DNA from: Oikopleura dioica
Taxonomy: Eukaryota > Animalia > Chordata
DNA length: 64,000 nt
Direction: 5' to 3'
Assembly (NCBI GenBank): GCA_907165135.1
Contig: OU015566.1
Span: 1,178,001-1,242,000 of the forward strand
The notes beneath the pieces were generated by a model. It was not told where the DNA came from and did no database searches. It was given only the letters and a program-made list of their open reading frames with translations. Each line of letters opens with the position of its first letter. Within the stretch, counting starts at the first letter, position 1. Positions 35,051 through 43,823 of this stretch are shown one piece after another. The position numbers and the translations under genes were made by a program.

Positions 35051-36625
35051 CTAATAAGTGTAATTTTCCACGAATTGGCTTTTCTCGTCCGCTGCAGTGG
35101 AATCTTCTCCAGCGTATTTTCCCTGAGCAGCGAGTGAATTTAGCATGCATCGCTTGATGAGCGCTTTTTGAGCCGGCTCCTCGTTTTTTCCTTGCCAGGC
35201 TTCAAGAACCGGCCCTACAAAAAGACATTGAAAATACCCTCTTTTTCTCTGAAAGGATGAACCTTGGATAGCCCGAGAGTAAGAAAACGAAAGCTTCCAC
35301 GGATTTCCTTCGATCTTGTTCATTTCGTTCAGATTTTCTGTCGCGTCAGTAGGGCTCTGTCCGCCAGACAAGAAGACGATTCCAGGCATCGCCGCTAGAA
35401 AATGTTCAGTGAAATTTTCAAGCTCGCTTCTTACTGTACCTGGAACAGTTCTTCGATAAGCTTCCACACTCTTGGCCGCGATAGTCTTTGCATCGACTTT
35501 TGGGCCCTTTGCTCCAGGAGTGACCATGTTTGTTTTAAGGAGGATGCCTTCGACGAGAACATTGTGTCGTTGTAGTGCAGCAAAAGTCGTCATCAAAACT
35601 TTTTCGGTGATTTTCTTGCACAGCTCTCTAAAATATTATATTATATTATATTATATTATATTATATTATATTATATTATATTATATTATATTATATTATA
35701 TTATATTATATTATATTATATTATATTATATTATATTATATTATATTATATTATATTATATTATATTATATTATCACAATACTCACATATCATGATCCCC
35801 ATCAAGCATAACATCCGGCTCCACAATCGGCACCAATCCTTCCGCCTGCGAAATCGCCGCGTATCTACCGCTAATTTCCGCCGCTTGACCAATCGCAAGA
35901 TCACTCGGGGTCAATCCTCCATTCTGAATCTTCAGCGGGCATCGCCACTTCACAAAGCTCGCTCCTTCCTTCTTCCAGGCAGCGCATCGTTCGTGGAGGT
36001 TGTCAAGACCTTGAGTCGTCATTTCTCCCATTGAACCGGGCATAAGCATCCAGCCCAAATCGGCTTTGACACCGACTTTGATTCCGGCATCGAGAAGGGG
36101 TTTGCAGACTCGATTTCCCTCTGAAAATAATGAAGGAAGATAAATCGAAAGATTTTCTCACCGCTATCTTTTTGGGCAAAAGTTTCCTTTTCCAGAATCA
36201 CTCCTCCGAGGTATTTTCCAATTCCTTCAGCTCGATACATCATGTGCCGAAATTTTTGCCTCGATTCGGGAGTGTTTTCGACATTGATTCCCTTCAGCCG
36301 AGCGCCAATGACGGGGATGCCTTCATCGGACGCGAGAATTCCTTGTTGATTTCAGTCAATTTTTTAAGAGATGGCGTCTGGAACCGACAAAAAATTTCGA
36401 CAAATTTTGCGTGGGCGGCTTCTCGGCTGCTGATTGGTGGGTGAGCTGAATTCAGGCTTCTGATTGGTTGAAAATTTCCACGCAAAATTTGTCGAAATTT
36501 TTTTGTCGGTTCCCGACACCTCCCCCTTTTTATGGGTGGTGTTTTTTACCTTTTCCATCCTTGACAATCGAATTGGCAATCTCAATCAACTCTTTTTGCT
36601 TCTCGACCGTGCTAAAAGCCGCCAT
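35051..36625 (-). CDS. Fructose-bisphosphate aldolase, class I (divergent)
   Basis: MAAFSTVEKQKELIEIANSIVKDGK|GILASDEG, KWRC, IVEPD, LLKTNMV (Schiff-base Lys), FLSGGQS, SFSYSRA, C-terminal Tyr. Confidence 0.95.
35634..35774. repeat. (TTATA)n microsatellite filling aldolase intron 35628-35786
   Basis: About 28 perfect pentamer units. Confidence 0.97.
36368..36526. mobile_element. MITE family A copy in aldolase intron 1
   Basis: TTAA|GAGATGGCGTCTGGAACCGAC ... GTCGGTTCCCGACACCTCCCCC. Confidence 0.85.
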
Positions 36626-36809
36626 TTTTTCGACTCAGAACTGTAATTATTGAACAACTCGGGTCACCTTATACCACCAAGAGCTCTCGAAAAAAATAAG
36701 GATATTTAAACACTCGCGGGCAATTAACCACTCGAGCTTAACATCTTCCGCTGTCGAAAATTTCGTTATCGTGATTTGATTTCACGCGTTTTACGAATGC
36801 CAAGATGCT

Positions 36810-38845
36810 TACATTTGGAATTTCAAATTTTCTTTTTCCGATATTTGCTGCGCTCTCATTAAAATAATCAGTGCTTGAAAATCTCCGATCTGATGATTTC
36901 AGCGATGATTCTCGCCACTAAAAAAATGATGAAAAAGGCGGAAAATCTTCACGAACAGATTAAATCACGAATGATGATGAAAAGCAAAAGGATTTTGAGA
37001 GATAAAGATGGCCAAAGGTTTCAAAAGGAAATCCATTTTTTTTGTATTGAAGCTGATTTTTAAGATATTGCAAGCCTTTATTCTGCATCCTCTGCGATAG
37101 AATCAAAACTAAACCAGACCTCCAGGTATCGCTAGGGGCTGGCTTAAGGCTAGGGTGGTCGATTTGGCCCAAAGCAGAGCTCATAAACTCTGGACTTATG
37201 AATGCTAGAATACCCAGTAATGGCTAAAAATAAAGATCTATCCTAGATCTTCTGAATTACAGAAGGTTTTTTTGTTCTGTCAAGATTTCTGCCAAATTCC
37301 GGAGTTTTTGAGCCTTGAATATTCGCTATTTTCGCGATTTTGGACGAGATGCCAACTTTGAAGCCTCCGGAAGTGATTTTTTTGGCAGAACAAAAAAACC
37401 TTCTGTAATTCAGAAGATCTAGGATAGATCTTTATTCTTAGCCATTACTGGGTATTCTAGCATTCATAAGTCCAGAGTTTATGAGCTCTGCTTTGGGCCA
37501 AATCGACCACCCTCGCCCTAAAGAGGGGAGGTGTCAGGAACCGACGCAAAATTTCGACAAATTTTGCGTGGAAATTTTCAGCCAATCAGAAGCTTGATTA
37601 TGTTTATCGGCCGATCAACAGCCAAATAGCCGCCCTCGCAAAATTTGTCAAAATTTTATGTCGGTTTCTGACGCCACTCTTTTATAGAATTCTTTGATTT
37701 GCTTGTCTCAATCTTCATTTTCAAGGAAAGCATGTATCTGGGCAAACTCTCCAGCGATCATCAAGAACATTTGTTCACTGCCTGCGAAAGAGTTTCAAAT
37801 ACTCCCTGCTGCATTAATCGAAATAGAACCCAAGGTACTTTTTTGCTATCTTCGTTGATTTGCCTTTTCGATAGATTATGCGCCAAGAAGAACGGCAATC
37901 GACGAAGCTGACGGAGGCAACATTCTGATTGCGGCTTTTGTGAGTGGTATGCTTGCTGTTTTTGGAGGAGTGATTGTCGCAAGATTTCTTCAAAGAAAAT
38001 TTCTCAGGTTGGAGAACTTTAAGAATAGGAATATTTGGAAAAATGTTTAAGGGGGTGGTGGTCGAGAATCGGAATTATTTCAACAAAATTAGCTCAAAAT
38101 CTTTCAAAAAAATTTTTTTTGTGCTCAACGAAAATGGGTTTAAAAGGGTTCAAATTATGTGGGCGACTTAGTTTTAAAAAATTTTATTTTCGGAAAATGC
38201 TCAAAATATGCTTCTAAAGTGGACTTATCTCTTGACAAAATTGTGAGGAAACCCTTAAATTTTTTTCGAAATAAAATTTATTGTGAAGATAGTTCAGACC
38301 CTTAGGCGTGTGGGCAAAAGAGTTTCAGAAAGGTTTTGAGGTCGCAGAATCTGATTTAAAAAGTGTTGATTTCTTAAAAATCGTCATTTTTCACCAAATT
38401 TGAACTTTAATTTTCGAAAAAATCACAAGTATTCTAAATAATTACCTTTTTATTAATATAATCTTTTATTTTAACAATATCTCGCAGCAAAAATCATGTA
38501 AATAACGGTTTTAGTACAGAAAATCAAATTTCAAAGTTTCGAAAATCGTGAATTCCCGATATTCTCTAAAGAAAAGTTGATCCCATCAAAAAATTGTAGG
38601 GACCAAAAATGTTCCTTTTTCCTCGAGGAATTCAAAAATAAAATCAAAATTTCGAAAAGGCGAAAAAATTATTCTCGACCACCACCCCCTTAAGGCGGGC
38701 ACTCTCAGTCGTTAGCATTTCTACAGCTTCGAATTTCGAGAAAACAAAAGAGGAGAAAGCGAAAACTGCTGATGAAAGTAAGAGAAACAACACTTCTTGT
38801 TATGAAGCCTTTCAGATGAAGGAAATAAGAAGCTGCCGACAATAA
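36810..38845 (+). CDS. Orphan single-pass membrane protein with Cys-containing ectodomain
   Basis: Canonical GT-AG introns 37018-37064, 37126-37725 and 37835-37874 give RYCKPLFCILCDRI..TACERVSNTPCCINR..ILIAAFVSGMLAVFGGVIVARFL; putative last exon ~38715-38845. Start and last junction uncertain. Confidence 0.6.
37146..37518. mobile_element. Young fold-back MITE with ~130-bp near-perfect arms
   Basis: 37150-37282 is the reverse complement of 37381-37513 with very few mismatches; left flank TTAA. Confidence 0.9.
37523..37680. mobile_element. MITE family A copy
   Basis: GGGGAGGTGTCAGGAACCGAC...GTCGGTTTCTGACGCCACTC, directly adjacent to the fold-back element. Confidence 0.8.
38051..38689. mobile_element. 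TTAA-flanked MITE family E (GGGGGTGGTGGTCGAGAAT termini)
   Basis: TTAA|GGGGGTGGTGGTCGAGAAT ... ATTCTCGACCACCACCCCC|TTAA; related copy at 55811-56157. Confidence 0.9.
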
Positions 38846-38900
38846 CAGAAGCAAGTTTATAGATGGAACTTTTATTTTCAAATTTTGAGAAAAAAAAATA

Positions 38901-39166
38901 TCAATGATGATCTGCGGAAACGCACAGTTCTTGAAACTCCTCTGAATTGACGAACTCTTTCACTGAATAAAAAAATGAAATAGCCCTAACTCTTCACGAA
39001 ATAAGGGGCTCTTACGCTCATCTTCATTGCAAAACGCGCTGGAGCAGGTATCGCAGCTCTCGTGGCAACCCTTTTTGCAATCAGCCGCCAGGGAAACGAT
39101 TCCAAGCACAATGCAAAGTAGAAAAAGAACAATTTCAGTTCCGCCAACACTTTTTAGCCCGAACAT
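38901..39166 (-). CDS. Small secreted six-Cys peptide (70 aa)
   Basis: Signal-like GTEIVLFLLCIVLGIVSLAA, then DCKKGCHESCDTCSSAFCNEDE|LKEFVNSEEFQELCVSADHH*; GT-AG intron 38963-39015. Confidence 0.6.
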
Positions 39167-39294
39167 GTCTTCTCTCTCTCTCTTTTTTTTGAGTCAAGTT
39201 GAAAATGGAAGAGCGCGATTTTTCCTCGAGTATTTTTTTATTCGTTTGATATTTTCATGGCAATAGAAAAAAATGACGCGCTGGAAAGTTTGCT

Positions 39295-39923
39295 CTACGA
39301 GAACACTTTGTAAAATATGGAGATGAAGCAAAATGTGATGATCAAGATGCACAAGAGGAAGATACAGAAATCGCAGCAGCGGCAACTTAATTTCATTTTT
39401 AATCGAAAACGATCGGCAAAAACCATAAATTAATATTTTATTTTAGAATATCGGTTTTTATTTTAAATTGTCTTTGGAATTTTTTTATGATTATTTGTCT
39501 TCATGTACTTGTCAAAAAATTTCGGGGTGGCGTCTGGAACTGGCTACTCGGCTGTTGAATGGCCAGCGAGCCGAATCCTGGCTTCTGATTGGTTGAAAAT
39601 TTCCACGCAAAATTTGTCGAAATTTTTGTCGGTTCCAGACACCTCCCCGAAAGTCCTCCAGAAATTTTGATGAGACATTGATTTTGATTGGTCCTCTCTT
39701 TAATTTTAAGCGGATTTTTTCACCTATAACAGCATGGCTTTGTCACTTGTTCTCTTGGTCTCCTACTATGAATCTTCTCAATAATCTTCTTTAATTTTTC
39801 CGGGTCCTCTATGTCCAAATTCCTCAGCTGAGAGTAGGGCATTGAATTGATTTTGTTAACCAAATGTTCATCGAGCTCTAAATCCGTCCATCGATTCTTG
39901 ATTATTTCAGCTTGTTTTCCCAT
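39295..39923 (-). CDS. Small tail-anchored membrane protein with Cys cluster
   Basis: MGKQAEIIKNRWTDLE..KPCCY|SCRCCDFCIFLLCILIITFCFISIFYKVFS*; GT-AG intron 39386-39723 contains a MITE. Confidence 0.65.
39524..39648. mobile_element. MITE family A, internally deleted copy
   Basis: GGGGTGGCGTCTGGAAC..CTGATTGG..GTCGGTTCCAGACACCTCCCC. Confidence 0.8.
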
Positions 39924-40126
39924 CCTAACACTTTCTCTTTCTCAATTTTCTCGGTATTGAAAATGATATAAAAAACGATTGTCTCGAAATCTTAGACTCC
40001 AATATTTTATTCATTCCAAATCTGAGGTTAGATTGTGGACCAGAACCGCCTTTCATGAAGATTGAAGCATATTTTTATTAAAAAAGACAACGAAGTATTA
40101 TTTTCTTCAAAAAACAGAGGGTTGAT

Positions 40127-41620
40127 TCAGATTTCTTTCGCGAAAAGAACGGCTATTTCTTCCTCGGGAATGGTCCAGCAATTGTGATTTCGGTGAAAAT
40201 CGTGCTTTGTTGCGGAAAATTCTTATTTTGGCTTGAAAATTTCAGAATTTTTCTCAATTTTTGACTCAATTTTTTCGCATTTTTGCAGAATTTTTTATTA
40301 AATTCAAGCCCTTTTCCTAATTCTTGGCTGATAACAACAGCGGTTTCTTCACCATTCTCTCCTTTTGTGTGGAGATTAAGGACATGGAAGGCTCCTTCAT
40401 GAATGAAGCTCCCAAGGATACCCTTAGTCTTATCTGACAGACCAGTTGTATCTTCAATTCCGAACGACATTGATCCTCGACTCTGTTTTGCCTAAAATTT
40501 CTTCATGAAAATATTTCTTTGGAAAAAGAGTTTTTAACCTTGATTAAAAATTTTGGACCATCATCGATCTCAACCGTGATTTTTTCCCGTGTTCCATCAG
40601 AATTTCTAGATAAAATTTAAATAAGGGTGTCACTATGCTATTTTTTGAATCAAAATTTGATCAAACCTGTGTTCGGTAAATAGAATGTCCATAAATCGAA
40701 TAGGCTCTTTGTAGTCATATTGCATCGTTTCTTTCAGCGAGAAAGACTTGACAAAGACTCCGTCGGGATTGAAACGAAGATTGCCGCCCTCGGGAGACAT
40801 AAACTGAATCTCGTGGATGAAGGTTTTTCCTTTGATCGTCTCATCGCTGATGATTCCGGAGACATGGAGATTCGACTTTGGGTCGGAGAGGAGGTTGATG
40901 TTGGAGCCGAGTTCCGGGTTGAAATCGAAGCAAATTCGCTCGCCAGTTTCGCCGGTAACCATGAAGTGCGGATCGCCGTAAACGACTGCTTGCTCATCTG
41001 GAGGGTACTCGGCGTAGGATTTTTGGGCGTTGTTGTCGGACGGAGAGATATCGATCGGTCTAGAATATTATTATATTATATTATATTATATTATATTATA
41101 TTATATTATATTATATTATATTATATTATATTATATTATATTATATTATATTATATTATATTATATTATATTATATTATATTATATTGTGTTATATTATA
41201 TTATATTATATTATGGAAGTTCTCTAGAATCTCATTAAGGACCCGCCCCCGTCAGCTTTTTTCTTCGAAAAATGGAAATTTTGAAACACCATATTTTTGG
41301 TTTCGAATGCGGCCTCAGGTTAAACTTGCTTCAAAAACTTGATAAGAAGAATTTTGACCAAGAAAATCAACATTTATGCAAAAATAAGAGCAAATTCGTC
41401 AATTTTCGGCAAAAAGCCCGATTTTCAAATGCGATTTTGGGAGTGAAGAAGTCGAGATAGATCCCCAAAAAATGCAGCGTAAAAATCGTTTTCTGACCCG
41501 TAGAATCCCTTTCCGGGGTCAAAATTTTAAAATTCCGAAATTTGATTTTTCGAAAAAAGCTGATGGGGGGGGGGGGTCCTTTAATAATTATACCTTGGAG
41601 ATTTTCGCTGAGCAAAAGTA
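40127..41620 (-). CDS. Inter-alpha-trypsin inhibitor heavy chain C-terminal (GDPHF) domain protein; 5' end uncertain
   Basis: VYGDPHFMV..ICFDFNPELGSNINLLSDPKSNLHVSG, GLSDKTKGILGSF, terminal NCWTI; matches the ITIH C-terminal domain layout as I know it. No VIT or vWA exons seen upstream. Confidence 0.75.
41065..41213. repeat. (TTATA)n microsatellite abutting a 3' splice site
   Basis: About 29 units with one TTGTG variant; ends a few bases before the acceptor at 41060-41061. Confidence 0.97.
41239..41579. mobile_element. MITE family D (GGACCC..GTCAGCTTTTT termini)
   Basis: TTAA|GGACCCGCCCCCGTCAGC ... GCTGATGGGG..GTCC; reverse-complement homolog of the outer parts of 48649-49693. Confidence 0.85.
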
Positions 41621-42020
41621 ACACTGAAAAAGGCAAATTGAAAAAGCTTCATTTTTGTTTTTTTTTTCTTTCTTTCTCAATATGGAAAAAATGTTGATTG
41701 AAAAAGACTGCGGAAGATGCAGAGAAATTTATAGTCGGAGCATAAAACCGCAAAATTGGCATGAAAGAAGCGTGTGGTAGTTTTTCTTGTTTCCTTGGAG
41801 CACGGTGGAAAATTTGATTAGTTGTTAAAGGTGGCGTGGATATTTATTTCTTGCTGATAGAAAGACTTCTTGCTTTTTATCCCGTTTTATTGCGTCTAAA
41901 AATGAATTTATTTTCACTTTTTACTGGATTTTTTTTTCATTCTGAAATCAAGGAAGAGCAATGGCGGTTTTCGACCAGAGGCGGAAATCTTCTTAGAATT
42001 CAAATCTTGATTTATTTGAG

Positions 42021-42367
42021 GGCCCCCTCCCCCCTGTCAACAATTTTCGAAAAATCTATTTTCGGATTTATAAAATTTTGAACCCGGAAATGGATTCTAC
42101 GGGTCAAAAAACGATTTTAAGGCTCCATTTTTTGGGTGTCTATCTAAACTCTGACACCCTCAAAATCGCGTTTGAAAATCGGACTTTTTGACGAAAAATG
42201 AGATAAAAAGTCCTAATTTTGCTATTATTTTAGATTTTTATTGGTCAAAAAGTGCTCCGATCAAGTTTTTATGGTAAATCTAATTTTCAGGCACACAAAG
42301 TAGCCAAAATATGGCTTTTTTGAAATTTTCGATTTTTTAGGAAAATTGTTGACGGGAGGGGGGGTCC
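42021..42367. mobile_element. MITE family D copy
   Basis: GGCCCCCTCCCCCCTGTCAACAATTTT ... AATTGTTGACGGGAGGGGGGTCC|TTAA; interior ACCCGGAAATGGATTCTACGGGTCAAAAAACG shared with 48700-48740. Confidence 0.8.
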
Positions 42368-42399
42368 TTAAAGGAATTTTTCCCGTCTTATTATTCTTC

Positions 42400-43200
42400 T
42401 ATACTTCTTCATAGAATCGTTTGTTTCATCCAGCTCCTACCCGACGGGAACTCTACCTGCTTCTTCAGCTGTTTTGGCCGATCGACGTGGCGCACGGTTA
42501 TCCTTCGAAAATCCTTCAACGAATCATTTTTCTTTTGAAAGACTCAATCAATTTCATGGGAGATAAATAATGACGACAAGAAATCATGACGAAAACCAAG
42601 TTTGATCATAATTTTCAAGGGCTTATCATAATCGTCACATAGGGAATTCCATTGAAACATGATGTTACGCGGTAGAACCCAAGATACAAAACATGGTTCT
42701 GACAAGCTAAAATAATCAAAAAAAAAACTTGAGCACGATTTTTACAAGCTTCCTCACGTTCTTCTTGCATAAGAACCCAAAAGCAAAAGAAAAGCAAAAA
42801 TTCTTTCTGAGAAAAGGGAAAAATGAAGACTGATGGACTTGCTGAGCGAAAGTCCTGAGAACACAGCGCCGCTAATTCAACATCATAATTTGACAGTTGA
42901 AGTGATTTCAGAAATGAATCGAACGGTTAAATAATCGCTTAACCGATCACTGAAAATGATCGACGAGGTTTCATGTTGAAGAAATTTTATATTTGAAAAA
43001 AAGATAACTTCACCATTATTGGATTTTTCATTTATAAAAGATAGACTTTTTTCCTCATAAAGAAAGAGCGCAATTGTAAAAAACGTGAGTTCTGGAAAAC
43101 CACTTTTATTTCGCAAGTTTTAATTTTTTTGTCGACCTCTGGGTCGTCAGGGTGACATTATCTGACCATGATTTCAATCGCGACAGTTCTTTATCTCATC
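42400..43200 (-). CDS. Hypothetical protein exons
   Basis: Protein-like frames (MRNKSGFPELTFF.., SLKDFRRITVRHVDRPKQLKKQ); not assembled. Confidence 0.3.
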
Positions 43201-43228
43201 CGCCGCGATCTTGGTGAGAAAGAGGGTA

Positions 43229-43823
43229 ATTTACGAAAAACCTGAAAATGGCAACAAGGGCAACATGGGCAACAAGGGCAACACGGGGCAACAAAGGCAA
43301 CAAGGGTATCTAAAAAAACAGCTTCAAGTCTCCAAAACCTGAAAATGGCAACAAGGGCAACATTCCTTCGCTTAGAAAACAACATCTTCTAGAGATGAAG
43401 GCGCGAAAGTAGAGAAAGTTGGCCTCCTGCAAAAATGAGTTCTCTACCAGATTTTGCGCGCAAGGGCCGCAGGCCCGCAGCGTGCTCAACAGCGTTGATT
43501 GTTACCTCCTTAAAATATTGTGAAACAGTGAAGTTAGTTGTTTTTTAAGTCGTCATTTGATTTCGGAATGCCATTCGTTGCACAACAATATCATTTTATT
43601 TAGCTTAATTCGTCTTTGCTGTGTGTTGCCCTCTTGAATTTCCCAGACTAAGCCAAGTAGAACGCAGAAGAATTCATAAAAAACAATTCTAGAGACGCGC
43701 TTTTAAAAACAACAACAACTGCCAAATCAAAATCGGCGCAAGTGCTCAAAACCTGAAAATGGCAACAAGGGCAACATGTTGCCTTTGTTGCCCTTGTTGC
43801 CATTTTCAGGTTTTACCGTAATT
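43229..43823. mobile_element. MITE with GGCAACAAG subterminal repeats
   Basis: TIR AATTTACGAAAAACCTGAAAATGGCAAC / GTTGCCATTTTCAGGTTTTACCGTAATT; tandem GGCAACAAGG units. Confidence 0.75.

Noticed and set aside
35472-35795. ORFs with (YYIIL)n repeats (also 41030..41227)
   Set aside because: Translation of the TTATA microsatellite inside introns; not proteins.
38900-38965. Apparent KR..RFRG neuropeptide cleavage/amidation motif
   Set aside because: It arose from a wrong reading frame; correct splicing gives LKEFVNSEEFQELCVSADHH*.
41563-41576. Poly-G run (possible G-quadruplex)
   Set aside because: It is an expanded homopolymer in the MITE family D terminus.
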